From positions 82,584,001 to 82,648,000 of the forward strand of contig OX597819.1 of assembly GCA_951406725.2 (NCBI GenBank): a DNA stretch of 64,000 nucleotides, in the 5' to 3' direction. Positions 1 through 14,839 of the stretch are shown one piece after another. Position 1 is the stretch's first letter, and the number at the start of each line of letters is the position of its first letter. The position numbers and the translations under genes were made by a program. This DNA comes from Octopus vulgaris. Lineage: Eukaryota. Below the pieces are notes generated by a model. That model did no database searches. It was not told where the DNA came from and saw only the letters and a program-made list of their open reading frames with translations.

Positions 1-809
<809 letters not shown>

Positions 810-869
810 AGTATGAGGGTTTCAGTTCACTGGTGATTTAAATGAATAGGTACACTGAGCAAGTGCTAT

Positions 870-1400
870 AATTTGTCATCCACTAGGTTCCAATTTCACA
901 ACTGAGGCTAGAGCTAGGGATTTTGTATTAGGCTTGTGATTTAGCAGGTATATATTATATTAGAAGAAACTAGCACCAGTGTGTCACTGAGTAACATGCA
1001 AAAGAAAAATCCCTCATTTAAAGGGGCAGCAGTATTGTGGGAAATCAAATGGCACTGAAGATTTGATAGGATGAGTGGGCAAGTAGATTTGCAATGGTGC
1101 AAACGGAGAGTGGAAGATGGAAGGGAGAATGGAGTGAGGAAACACAAATGAAGGGAGAGGGTATTAGAAAGGTATGTTGTTGGGGAGAGATTTTTCAGGG
1201 ACAAACTATGTGTAGGTATGTTCACGAGAGTTCAGAAGGAGAGTAGGAGATAGGGTGTAGGAGAATGAATTGAGTTGTGAACATGAGTGGAATGAAGAGG
1301 TATTAGGAAGAGAGGTTGTGAGGTAGAAATTTGTGAAGGACAGATTATGTACAGGGCTATTGGTGACATGCTTATAAGGCCTTAATTCTACTACATATCT
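870..1400 (-). mobile_element. Highly decayed PLE-like fragment
   Basis: Minus-strand peptide remnants (CPLILS...LSDTLV.SS) resemble the PLE RT-endonuclease linker; frameshifted. Confidence 0.3.
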
Positions 1401-1619
1401 GTATGCACATGTGACCATCAGCCATCTTTCCTTTCCTCATGTGACCATCTTGGTTTTCCTGCACGGGCGCTCAATGGATTGGGCGTTTTTTTTCTCTCTC
1501 TTCTAACTTTTCTCTTTTCAAAGAAAATATTTCTCCAACCGTTTACTATTTTCCATTTGTTCTGGTCTAATAGCCCTCCATGTTTGTTTTCTTTCGGTTT
1601 CCTTGTATGTCTTCAATGT

Positions 1620-1835
1620 CCAATGCAAGATGCTGGTGCTATGATAAAAGCATCCAGTACACAGCAATGTAAAGATGTTGGTATTAAGATGTGCATCCAT
1701 CATAGAAATTATGTCAAAGAAGACATTGGAGCACAATGCAGTCTTTGGACATGTTGAATCCTGTCAAACCATCCAACCCATACCAATATGGAATATGGTT
1801 TTTAGAGGCTGACATTGGTGGTGATGATGATGATG
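1620..1835 (+). mobile_element. Decayed RTE 3' tail or RTE-tailed SINE
   Basis: Contains cctgtcaaaccatccaacccatacca and ends in (GAT)n, like the copy at 58050-58328. Confidence 0.5.
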
Positions 1836-2814
1836 TGTGTGTGTGTGTATGTATATATTTCGGGGAGCATGTGAAAAATTAGACAAAATACATAAGGTGA
1901 TGTCAATAAATAAAAAACAAAGAGGAAAATATTTTATTACCTTACATAGGTTGTTTAATGATCCTATAATACATTAGGAAAGATTACTTTTTTTCCAAAT
2001 AAAGGAAGGAAAATAAAATGTTCTGAGATTATTTGCTTTCCTTTATTTGAAAAGGAGAATCGTTCCCAAAATATTAGGAAATTCGCCTCAGTAAATTTCC
2101 TCTGATCCATGCCAGTGAGAAGAGGAGACATTAAAACAATAATGATGATAATGATGTGTGTGTACAGATGTTAATTTTTTTATTTTTATCTCTTAAAGCA
2201 GGTGGTATTTGTGTATATGTATTCATGCATGAACGAATGTGTATTTGTGCATGTGTGTGAATGTGTGCATTGGTTTGGACAACTGAGATTTTTGATTAAG
2301 ATCAATATGGTTTCTATTTAAGGATGGCGATTTGGCAATTAATAAGGATGAGGAAAAAATAAATTATAGGATATAAATTAGAGCTTTGACAAATATATAT
2401 TCCATTTGATGATTATAGGTTTCATTTGGGGAGTAAATGAAATAGTTTTTATCATGAGAGTGTGTGTTGAATGGAGGACATTTCATTCAGGTGAAAAGGA
2501 AGAGCGAGTAGAAAAGAGATGTTTGTAACTTCATATTGATGAAATTTCTTTGGGTTAAAAATACTTACATACACAGCTGGACATACAGACAAGCAGAGAC
2601 AGCCTTAAAGATTCCTAAACTGCTGGAACCTATTTCCACAATAAATGTTGCATATAGAGTTTATGTATTCATGTTACTTTGTTTCAGCTATCATGGCAAA
2701 GGTTATAACAGTTGATATATTTAAAATAATATAAATTAATTAATCTTATGTATTGGCTTAAGTTTTTCATTGTATGATTTGCCTAATAGTGGTTTTATCT
2801 CTAATTTAATATAA

Positions 2815-2913
2815 TATATATATATATATATATATATAAATATATATATGAATGTATGTGTGTATGTATTTATATACACACATATATACTTACATATACA
2901 TACATACAAACAT

Positions 2914-2975
<62 letters not shown>

Positions 2976-3290
2976 GTATATATTCAGTCATTCATTGTAG
3001 ATCTGTTTTTCCATGCTTCCATGAGTGGCACAAATATATAATTTGAGGCATTGCTGTACAGCTGGATGCCCTTATTGGCACTAAACCTTATTTGTTTTTT
3101 TAGTAAGGGATCTTTGGTATATATATATATGTATATATATGTATGTATGTATGTATGCATGCATGTATACATACATAATGCACAAACACATACTAACATA
3201 TACGTATATATATATAAATACACAAACATATATATATATATATATACACATGTGCGCACACAAAATAAACATACATACATGCATAAAGTA
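2815..3290. repeat. Degenerate (TA)n/(CA)n/(TG)n low-complexity tract with a short RTE-tail remnant (about 2990-3090)
   Basis: Direct reading; ttttccatgcttccatg...cagctggatgccctt remnant. Confidence 0.9.
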
Positions 3291-4848
3291 TATTATTGAT
3301 AGAATACTTCTTTATGAAATGCTCTCCAAAAATGTCGCACAAGATGAATTTTCATAAATTAGAATGATTAAATTTTCCTCGTTTGAAAAATGCAACCAAA
3401 TTATACACAACTGACATAGAAGGGGTCTTCACTTGAGCGCATGTATGTGTATATCTTTACATATACACCTGTGAAATTTTATACATAGATATACTGAGAT
3501 TTTATAGGAGAATTTCAAACCAAATGCCTTTCAGGATTTAATTATGTTCTGACCACATTTTCTGCAAGTGTTTATTTTACCTTCCATCTCTCTTTGGAAC
3601 TTATACAAGTACCAGTCATATACATGGGTTGATTGTATTGACTATACATCTATCCTACAAATTTGTGATCTCATGCCAATGTTAACAAATTGATATTTTA
3701 TGAATATGTGATGATAATATATACATACTTCTGTGATTTATTATAAATTGAGTGTGCACGTGTTTATGTTTGAACATCTATCATATATTTATAAATCTTT
3801 TCATTGTTTGAATAATTTTTGTGTGATCTGATACCTGAATGACTACAGATAATAGAAAAACTGGTATTTTTATGATCTCCCATGGACATTTGTAATATTG
3901 TTATGTTCACTGTAATTGATATTGTTAATAAACTATTATCAAAGTTGGAAGTTTTCTTGTAAATATTTTTTTTCAGTGAAACTTATCATAACTGCATGTG
4001 TCTGTCTGTGTGTGTGTACATATAACGTAAAGGAATAGGGATTTAACATTCAGGCAGGTACCTTATGAGCACTCTGATATAAACCAGATCTGGCCAACCA
4101 CATCAAATGATAGGGAACATTCAGAACTGTTTAAGATAAACACTAGGTAAATTTTGAGTTTGCTTCATGTAGCATGCAGAGGATAAAATCTAGACATCAT
4201 AATGAGGAATGGAGTATTACACATCTTCAAAATTTATTCATTAAAGTATTTTCTTCATATTCCATTCAAACACATGTTTCTGTTGGATAAGTGCCTTAGT
4301 GTCCTTTGATATAGCAGATATGTGCTTTGAGTTGATTTATGTTAAATCAATTGCAACAGATTCAGATATAAAGGTTGACAACTTTATGTAGCTTTATCTG
4401 AGGTGTTATCCACAGGTGGGCAAAGCGAACTGACGATTCAAGTATTAAATATACATTTTAAAGTATACTTTCGGTGAAGGAATATGAAATATCAGAGTGA
4501 AAGACATTGGAGATATTGGCACTACAGATGAAGTACTAAGAGGCTGGACAATCATCATCTGCCACTGATACATTTTTTAGTCTTTTTAACACTGTATGCT
4601 TGCTTATAAGGGATTCTCAGGGTGAATACTATAGTAAGTTAGACTTTCAGTAATCTTTCTTTTTTAAGTGATACACAGATTAATACTGAAATGATCATAC
4701 ATAACAAATATATGTATATATATATATAACTGGTTATATAAGGATCTCCTGATTTTAGTGCTTCTAAATATTTTATATTATTACTTCTATAAATTAGAAA
4801 ATTACTATTTTTAAATCTCACAACATGAGATATTCAGCAACAGTGCTT

Positions 4849-5247
4849 TGTAGTAAAGATTGTTTGCCAACATAACATGGCAGTCCTGGTTTAGGATGAA
4901 TGTTGCTGTAATTTAGCCCCAGGAGATATCGTCTCCAGCTGGCTATACATCACGATCTGTATCCTTATATTTTCAAACAGGGAATCTAGCATCCCCACTC
5001 AGCTCAAAACTGTATCTGTGTATCACGATTTCCGGGTTATTCTGTGCTGATGAAGGGAAATAACCTGGAAATCACATTACACGGATATTGTTTTGAGCTG
5101 AGTAAGGATGCTAGATTCCCTTGTTTGAAAATATAAGGATACAGATCGTGTTGTATAGCCAGCTGGAGACGATGTCTCCTGGGGCAAAATTACAGCAACA
5201 TTTGTCTTAAACCAGGACTGCCATGTTGGCAAAAAATGTTTACTACA
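4849..5247. repeat. ~400-bp fold-back palindrome, probably an inverted PLE pseudo-LTR
   Basis: 4849-5041 is the reverse complement of 5059-5247 with scattered mismatches and small indels. The 17-nt loop contains CTGATGA. Confidence 0.95.
5042..5084 (+). ncRNA. Minimal type I hammerhead ribozyme at the palindrome hinge
   Basis: CTGTG-CTGATGA-AGGG AAATAA CCTG-GAAA-T CACA T-TA-CACGG. Stem I is CTGTG/CACGG; the mirror arm reads CCCG GAAA T CGTG A TA CACAG. Confidence 0.7.
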
Positions 5248-8200
5248 TTATTACTTCTGTTACAAAAATTTTTAATTATTTAAAGGAAATGGTATGACGT
5301 CTTTGTGTTTTAGTTTATGTCATACCAGACTTCTTAATTACACATTAGAATTTCATTTTTGAAGATAGGGTAAATAGGCTGTTGTGATAATCACACCTTA
5401 TCTGAAGTAATTATAATAATGATGCAACTATTGGAAATAAAATGTCTAAAGCAGAAATCAGTGTAATGTAGTGCAATAATTCATTATGTATATCAGGTAT
5501 TATATGTTGCTTTAATACTGGAAGTGGCTGTTCTGGGTATATACAACACATATACATCTATCTGTGTTAACAGTGAAATGTACTCCTTGTAGAAGAACAA
5601 GACTTCCATTGATAGAACTGGTAAGTTAAGATCTGTTAATGTTGGGCATAATAAACAAGATAACACAGAATCAAAACATATATTAAAAACTGTTATACTT
5701 TTCCCAGCAACTTCATTTAATATATTTATTTCTTATTTGAAACAAAACCTTTTTATAAGAGAAAGTTAAAACTACAGTTGCTCTTATTTCATTGAAAGAT
5801 GTTTTGTAGTTGCAAGTCAACTGAATGTAGTTGCAGAAGTATGCAAGTGACATTTTTACACAGAACGTAACACAAGCAAGTCCTAGATTCCGAGTAACAA
5901 ATCTACCTAAACAACTTATTGAATTGAAAGAAATGAAAGTCAACACTATGGAAATTGAATTCAGGCTCACAAACTATTGAACTAAATATGCAGCTCTCTT
6001 TACTGTCTATGACAACTGCATTACCTTTCCTTGTGTAATATAATGACAGATTGACATTTGCACTGAACTGACTCTGATACATATTTTATCTTCATTCAAA
6101 TTTGCAAGTGTGTAAGTTTTAACAAATGGGATTGTAACTGAAAGCTATTTCCATTATAAAACTGCCAACAGAAAGATAGATTTCCATTGAATTGAATGTA
6201 TTTCATTGCAAGAAAAATTAAGATACATACAAAAATACAATACCTTCATCTTATTCTCCTGTTCAATTATTGTCTTTCTTTCAGAGATGAATGATTTCAA
6301 TAATGGTTAACAAAGAGATTGTTAGTGCTTTGCATTTGATCTAAATTGACAGATTTTAACTCATCTGGTAATTCGTGACTTTTGCAGTAGTCATAAATCA
6401 GTTTTATTAATGATAAAACAGTCGTTAAATTGGTATTATTCGCTGTTGTTGTTATGTTGGTGATGTTAGTGGTACTGGTGGTGGATATGTTGGAGGTGGT
6501 GGTGGTTGCTGCTACTGTTGTTGTTGTTACTGTTGCAGTTAATTGTTACTGTTGCAGTTAATGTTGTTGTTATTCTTGTTAAATCCTGCATCACCTTTAA
6601 ATGAGCAGACCTATGACCAGAGACATATATTTCAAAGAATAGAATGGACTTTAAAATATATTTTATCGTCAAAGATCATTCCACCCATGACCATCCTGTC
6701 TGTATGTAGGACTGCACTGTCTGATGTTTTCTTCTTATTATTAAGAAGGTAAAGTGTGATATGAGGATTAGTTGGCTGCCATTTTAGCAGGTTGGGCAGT
6801 CTTTATATGATATCATTCCTAAATAATACTTAGGATAATTTATAAATGTACTTTTGAAATGAAGGCTCTCACAGTGTTAAGCTTTTTCCCAATCTCCAAT
6901 AGTACAATCAGAATCACCATGTATTATTCTTTATTCTATTGTTCTAGTTTAGAATAATAGAATTTGAAATCTTTTATATTAGTTTTATTATATAGATATT
7001 TTATACAAATTTTGTTGCTTTAATATTGAGTTAGTTTTCAAAGACTATTGAGTTAGTTTTCAAAAAACCTTTTGCTTTTTACTTTTTAAAATTCGTATGA
7101 ATATTCTTGTTGTATGATGTTTAAAGTTAAAAGATTCATTTGTTTTCTCAATTTTTATTAATTAGAATCGTCACATATTACACAATGTTGAAAAGAAAAT
7201 TCAAGTATGATACTTAGTTATCTTAACATCTTTTTGTATTCATTGTCAGCATTAATATTATCTTATTCATTTTAACATCTATCTTTTCATGATGACATTG
7301 GGGTTCAGACGACTCTTCAATTTATAATATTTCTCTATTTATCTCTTCCCTGCATTAGCTCATATTCTAGCCTGAACTATTGTCATCCTCTAGTTATGTA
7401 GATCTGTCTTTATCTGCAATCCCAAATCAATGCAATTTTTCAGCTATTATGTATCACATATGTCATATTTGTCAGAATTGTAGTTCTATCTCACTGAATG
7501 CACTGGCAAATGTTTTTCAAGTACATTCCATCACTTTCACAGCTTATATATTCTCAACATTTTTTTTCTCGTTTAAAACTGCATATCTACAGATTTATGA
7601 GCCAAAACTCAGCTTTACTATTATGTTTCTTATATATACTTCATACAATGCGCTTTACACATAGCAAAAGACAAATTTTGCAGATAATATACACAGAGTA
7701 AGAGCAATTATTTCAGTTCCTAACCTATATTTCATCTAGCCAGCAGAACTATCCAATACTTTCAACTAACCATCTTAGCAGTTTATTTTCTTCATTCAAG
7801 GATTTATTAGATTGCTAATCACTCTAACATTTCTTGTGACTCTTAAGTTCCAGACCACAGTTTCTCTATTATCTCCTCCTGCATATTGAACAATACTTAA
7901 ACTGCAGGACTTTTGCTCTTAATTAAGGTCATTGCTTTTCTGTTCAGCTACTGGTGATCAATAAAGACCATGATTGTGCTTATGTGATTGAATTTTATGT
8001 CTGTAGATTGTTGATGAAACCAATTTTAACATGGAAATAATAATCACATGTAGGGAACATGTGGTCTGTAGCTCTATTTGGATTATCAGCTGACAAATTT
8101 ATGCGGAACTTACATCTGGTTTCTGAAGCTTGACTGCATGTCTCATGTAAGCACTTTTGCATCTTTGCCCATGAGGGGACACCATAGGTACCTTCTTAGA

Positions 8201-8259
8201 CTAAGCTGGTCATAGGATTCTAAATTAACAATCTTGCTTTTCAATCTTACTACTTCAAA

Positions 8260-9040
8260 GCTATTCTTGTAGAGCTACTTTTGGCTGGTAACTTTCCTTA
8301 TCCAGGGATACAGCATTACTACAGAGTAACAGCATTACTACAGAGATGTTGCTTTGGTATGTATGAATTACTTTTGTAGGTGACATGATCATTCTAGTGA
8401 CATTGGTTCTTTCGCACCATGGTATTATTGATGGAAGTACTGCCTGTTGGAGAACCATTTAATGTGGTACAATCTGCAGAGACATGTAGTGTGAAAGGAA
8501 TTTAGTTATCTGGTGTATCTGCTGTTGACAGTCCCAACAATGTGATATGACTGTCTGGTAGACATTTAGATTGATGACCACTGCATTCTTATACTATTGA
8601 ATGTTATCATCGAAAGCTAAGCTAACTTTAGCTATTCCAGAATTGACATCATCGACAATGTAAATATATCTGGGGAGAAAATTACCAAGGTAGTGAATTT
8701 CTCTACTGTCCAGCGGTAGATCTCTTCATTTGTTTTTCTTAGTTGATGCATCAATTTGGTCTTTTTGGTGCTGATGGTAAGACCAAAGTTGTCGCTGTCA
8801 CAGCAGATTTGTCTATATTTTGTTGTATATCACTGGAAGATACAGCATTTAATGTACAATTATCTGCATAGAAAAGATCACAAACATTGATAATTTGGAC
8901 CTTAATGACTACTTTTCAACAAAACAAGATTGTGAAGTTTGCTATCCATTCTGTAATGGATGTGATCATCTGGAAGATTATCCCTAAAGATGTCTGTAAG
9001 TATTGCTGGAAACATCAACCTGAACAGTGCTGGGACGAAT
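8260..9040 (-). mobile_element. Old RTE-clade (BovB-like) LINE RT fragment
   Basis: Minus-strand remnants VPALFRLMFPAILTDIFR, DLFYADNCTLNA and DNFGLTISTKKTKLMHQ, with stops and frameshifts. Confidence 0.75.
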
Positions 9041-9152
9041 AATTCTCTGCTGCATTATCCCCCCCCCCCCCGCCCTATTCACAACAAGACTTGGATCTAT
9101 TAACTTAGTTTTAAGTGGGGAGAACTTATGCAGCATCATACACACTCTTATG

Positions 9153-9786
9153 TTTCAAATGTATGTATGATGAAGAGATGGAAACAGCTAATTAATGCAT
9201 CTGCCTTACATTTCTTGATATAGAGAAGGTATTTGATAAAGCCTTATATTCTGTATTATACAAGAGAATGTTCTTTTGATTTACTGTTCTGTAAAATAGC
9301 AGGAATTAAAATGTTGGTATACTCACTCACTTTGAGAAATAAGACTGGATACAGGAAATCAATTAGTGAAATTAATTAGGTCATTCTTGGCTATATTCAA
9401 TACACTAAGGATTTGAATTTGGAGTTTTTCATCTCTTAGACAGATATTCTGACAAGAACTAAGGAACCATCACTCTCAGTTGACATACTGTACTCTTAGA
9501 CACGAATGCAAATATTTCTATCCCTGTGCATGAATTATGTTGTTATAAGTTGGGGAAAAAACTAACAAAATGTGATCAAAAGAATCTTACCTAATCTGTT
9601 TTCTCAAAGTGAGTGAGAATACCAATATTTTAATTCCTGCTATTCTACAGAACAGTAAATCAAAAGAACATTCTCTTGTATAATACAGAATATAAGGCTT
9701 TATCAAACACCTTCTCTATATCAAGAAATGTAAGGCAGATGCATTAATTAGCTGTTTCCATCTCTTCATCATAAATACATTTGAAA
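9153..9786. repeat. 187-bp inverted repeat (arms 9153-9339 and 9600-9786, ~260-bp spacer)
   Basis: Arms are reverse complements with about 5 mismatches by eye. The arm encodes the decayed RT motif LTFLDIEKVFDK. Confidence 0.95.
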
Positions 9787-10127
9787 ACTCATGGCCAAGA
9801 TACAAAACCAAACTGTACTGTATCCTGCCATCTCTATCTTTCACAATCTTTATCATATTCTTTCCATCATCTCCAAAGCTTGATTTATCAACTTGAAATA
9901 TTGCCCCTTCACTTTATCTTATTTGCCTTCACAGTATATGACAAAGGTATTTTTACACCTGTCCTTTTTACACCTGGTATAATTTGATGAACTGAAAGAA
10001 CAGAATGATGCTTATCATAGTGACATTTCCCCCATCACATTTATCTCATTACATACACTATGTTATCACATGACCAACGGTATGAAAAAGAAGAAAATAC
10101 AAGAATAAAGATAAACATGCAGGTATA

Positions 10128-10530
10128 GGTGCAGGAGTGGCTGTGTGGTAAGTAGCTTGTTAACCAACCACATGGTTCCGGGTTCAGTCCCACTGCGTGG
10201 CACCTTGGGCAAGTGTCTTCTACTATAGCCTTGGGCCGACCAAAGCCCTGTGAGTGGATTTGGTAGATGGAAACTGAAAGAAGCCTGTCGTATATATGTA
10301 TATATATATATGCGTGTGTGTGTGTGTCTGTGTTTGTCCCCCTAGCATTGCTTGACAACCGATGCTGGTGTGTTTATGACCCCCGTTACTTAGCGGTTCG
10401 GCAAAAGAGACTGATAGAATAAGTACTGGGCTTACAAAAGAATAAGTCCCGGGGTCGAGTTGCTCGACTAAAGGCAGTGCTCCAGCATGGCCGCAGTCAA
10501 ATGACTGAAACAAGTAAAAGAGTAAAGAGT
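10128..10530 (+). mobile_element. tRNA-derived SINE family A, full length; partial second copy at 10545-10705
   Basis: Head GGTGCAGGAGTGGCTGTGTGGTAAG...GGTTCAGTCCC (A/B-box-like), internal (TA)/(TG) tract and (AAAGAGT)n tail. Near-identical to 54553-54955. Confidence 0.9.
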
Positions 10531-12869
10531 ATGATGTATGTTAAGGATCTTACTTCCCAACCACATGGTTCAGGGTTCAGTCCTATGTGGCAAATTGGGC
10601 GAGTGTCTTCTACTATAGCCTTGTGAATGGATTTGGTAGATAGAAACTAAAAGAAGCTGTCATATGAGAATGTGTATGTGTGTGCGCGCACGTGTGTGTG
10701 TGTGTCCTTTATACTTTTTGGGTGTTGGTAAAAAATATATCAGGCCAAGACAGTGGATTATTGGAACTGCTAGAGTGGCGAATGGTATGCTTTGCAGAAT
10801 TTGTTCTGGCTATGAACATTCTGATCTCAAATTGTGCAACATCATTCCAAAACATAGTAACACTTCTGTCTGAAGTTGTAACTGAGAGATAGTATAAGTA
10901 AGAAAAACTAATAGAAATACAATTTCCTTGGTTCGGTTGGAAGATCAGCAACCATCACTACCATAGTTCTCTATTTCAGTAATGACAAAATTTGGTTTGT
11001 GATTAACAACCACTAGATAAGAAGCATTTTAAAATTACTTGTACTTGAAAAAATATTCTATACAATCAAGTAATTCATTTAGAACCACTAAGAATAGAAT
11101 AAGTTGGATTTTGGTAAATATAATCTCAAATAGCTAGATCTTACAGAGACTAGAATAAAAGTAGATGAAGAGAAAAGAGATTAATACTTGAGACATATCC
11201 CTCTCAAGCAATCAACTAGACATACATAAAACTTTAAGCAATGACTTGATATTGCTTAGTTTAGTTCCTTTATTAGAATTATGTTAGCTAAATATTAAAG
11301 AGTATGTTTCATCATGTTTTTCTTTTCTTATGGATATTATATATTCAGAAAATTATTTTGGAGGCATTATACCAGTAATGAATAAAACTGAAATAAAAGT
11401 ATATTTTGTTTTTTATTTACTTTTTTTGTTTTATACAGATGTATTGGGAACTGAATGACAACCATTGAGTGGCTGTCACACTAACTACAAAAGTGGATAA
11501 ATTACCATCAGTATCACATTTTCGTGATTCACAAGCTTTGTAGGCAGTTCATTTAATTTAAAATTTAGTACAGAAATGGGATAAAGGTTTAGTTCACATT
11601 AAATTTAGTAGTTATTTCTTTCTAGACAAATTTAGATTTGAAATAATGTTACAAATGAAATGAAGCAGTAATTGGAGTTGAATAATGTATGTCTTAAAAA
11701 TTGTGAAAGTAACAATCTGTTGGTTGTCCAGGAAGAAATTTTAATAAAATCCTACTTGAAGCTATTATTGTTATTATTACAGTAATGTTTATGGAATAGA
11801 GCCAATATTCCTGTTATCTCTTTAATAGAAACAGATTTAATTTAGACTTTGTGTGCACTCCTCTATCTCTTCCTGACTTCTCCTTTACCCACCCCTCTTA
11901 CTTTCTCTAATAGCTATTGATTCTTTAACACACATGCAAACATAACTGAGTTGCTTATATTTATTTCCATTATATATCTGAAGAGGTCCACATTGTAATT
12001 TATTATTGCTTGATATTTCCAGTTTATTTCTATGTGAAAGTTAGTTCCATTGAAATATATTTACTAATCTTTGTTTAATTTGTTGTTGGCAATAGGGTTC
12101 TTTAGTAAGTTTTGTTTATAAGTATCCTCTTTAAGGAATCCTTTCTTATCTATGATTAAAATTGTTTGACTACCTTATAGCAACAACTTCATAACAATAA
12201 ATTGTTCCATTTACAAGTAGGGTTGAAGTCAATTAACTCACCTTACACTGATCATTATAACTGCCAACATTTCAGTGATGTTCCCATTTTTCAATCCAAA
12301 AATAATTTTCTTTTAACTGCTCTACTGTCTTATATTTATATTTCAGACCTAGCACAGTTAACACAAATTTCATAAATTTGCAGAGTTTATTCAAACAGCA
12401 CTATTGCAAGTCTTCCTCCAAACAGTCTCTTCATGAGCGAATGAAATCTAACATCCTGTCACAAATGCTAAATATGTGGTCCTATTAATTTTTAATCCCC
12501 CACACACACACAAAGATATGCATATGCATGCATGTAATCATCATCATCATTGTCATCATTGTTTAATGTCCACTTCTCCATACTTGCATATGTCAGAAGG
12601 AAATAGTAGAGGTGGATATTCAACCATAGGGTGTCCTTGTTACCAACCCTCACCTATTCTCAAGCAAGGTAATATTCCCCATGACCAGACGTATTTTCAT
12701 GGAAGATTATATACAAAGAACACTGCTTGTGTAGTGATGACTTTCATTTACAACTATCGCATGAAGTCAAGGCAAGGATAGAGTAACACACATGCACACA
12801 CAAACACACACACTCTCTCTCTCACACACACACACATTCAAAGATACTTACATATATATATATATATAT

Positions 12870-13022
12870 ATGACTGATTTCTTACAGTTTCTGTCTACCA
12901 AATCCATTTACAAGATTTATGTCAGTAAGGGTTAAAGTCCAAAGCACCAGAGATACTCACAATGGAACTGAACCCAAGACTATGTGGTTGGGAAGTAAAC
13001 TTCTTACCACACAGCCATGCCT
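12870..13022 (-). mobile_element. SINE family A 5' half, decayed
   Basis: Reverse complement of the family A head (cttaccacacagccatgcc, ggaactgaaccc). Confidence 0.7.
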
Positions 13023-14770
13023 CTATATATATTCACATATGTACACTTACACATGTAAATAAACTTAGATTCATACATTTAATAATTAAGAAACCAAAAT
13101 AAAAGAAATTTATATTGAAATTTCTACTGGAAAGCTAAGCATTTTTTTAATTGAAATGAAAGATATATGATATTGCTGTTTCATATTTCTACAGTTAAAT
13201 GCTTTTGGCATTTTGAACTGGTTTTTTCCCTTTTGTTTTCTGAGTATAACTTCTACAGTGTTCCATTGAAAACTAGTGTTTGTATCATGATAAATTATTA
13301 CCATCACACTGGGATTACTAACAAAAGAATCAGCTCTAATCAATATCATTTTGTTGTAGCTAATTTTAGTGAATAATCTTATCTGTTTGTAACTTTATTC
13401 AACATGAACATTATCTGTTTTCAATGAAGGCTTTATCTAAGATATGTAACAGTTTGAGAATAAATTAATTGAAGCACAATTTTCATTGATTCAACTTTCC
13501 ATTTAATGTTTAGTTCAATTCCATGTCCAGCAACAACTACCAAAATCTTTTATCTACAAAAGACAAATGGTATCTGAGACAAAATACTCACAAAGCTGAA
13601 TGTAATGAGGTATAATAATAGCTTAGTAATATTAGAGTAATATGTTGGCAAAAATTACCTTGCAATGTGTAGTCTCCTCATCTCTGTCTATTTTGTTCGA
13701 ATCTAGGATTAACTTTACATTTCATTATTTTGGAGTCAATAAATTATACATCAGTAACATGGTTCACCTACAAAATTGGCCTTGTTCCTAGTTAGAAAAA
13801 AATCAATATCTTACTGATGCTTACAAACATAAACACAAAGTTGAGGTTTTGATCTCAACAATATGAGGAACTGGACCAGATACTGTAAAATTATTCAACT
13901 TCACTAAACTGTGAGAGTAAAAAGTGCTATGCTACTAATAGTATAAAGCATTTCCATAATTGTACATTTTCAGAAAAGAAAGGACCAAGGTTTTTGATAA
14001 TTTCTTTTTTTTTTTAAATAGACAGATACTTTCAACAATATCTCTGTTGAACTGAATAGTGTTAGGCTTGTTCATGGTGTTAGGTTTGTTCTTTCTTTTC
14101 TAAAGTATAAAACTGTCAGCTGTAAATCTTATTATCTCTCAGGAAGTCGAGAGTAATATTGTTTACACCAACAAACAGGTTTATGAGGTGGCAGCTACAT
14201 ATTGCTTCATTCACACCAAAATTGATTCTCCAAGCAGAATTATTCATGAAGAGAAACCGTTGATAAAAGGACACTTTAGAAACTAGCTACTGATGTTGTT
14301 AACAGGAGGTTTTAATAACTCCCTTTATTGCACTCTGTCTAAATGTATTTTGTCACATCATTGTGCAAGATTTTTATTTATATAGTAATAGATAATTAAT
14401 GAAGAGATCTATGTATAGAATTGTTGCTTAGTGTTTAAACTACTTCATTTGGAATTGTAATTCTCAACAGACTATTCCTGACGTCATTAACAAGCATTTG
14501 TTACACTCACATTCATTTAGTTTTGTACCCTTAGAGATATCTGCAACACCGGCAGATGTTTGATAAGTGAAAAGAAATATTGTTAGTATAATCATTTAAT
14601 GATAGTAAGCCATAGTCATGATTGCTAAAATGAGGCTAATTTCTCTGGTTTTATTGAAATAGGTATGCATTAAACAATAAGAGCAGAAAACAGAAAAAAA
14701 TTGTTAACTTCATATTGACAAATATTGACAAATTAATTTGGATATATAATACATACACGCACATATGAAG

Positions 14771-14839
<69 letters not shown>

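Noticed and set aside
5760-6120. Possible hAT transposase C-terminal remnant (LPKQLIELKE)
   Set aside because: Too short and decayed; no TIRs.
11439-11545. Strong plus-strand acceptor (tttttttgttttatacag)
   Set aside because: Stops in all frames and no convincing donor nearby.
11975-12065. CTGAAGA ... GAAATATAT possible hammerhead
   Set aside because: Stems I-III could not be paired convincingly; at best a very decayed relic.
14141-14286. Plus-strand acceptor followed by 47 open codons (EVESNIVY...HFRN*)
   Set aside because: No recognisable homology or partner exon; expected by chance.
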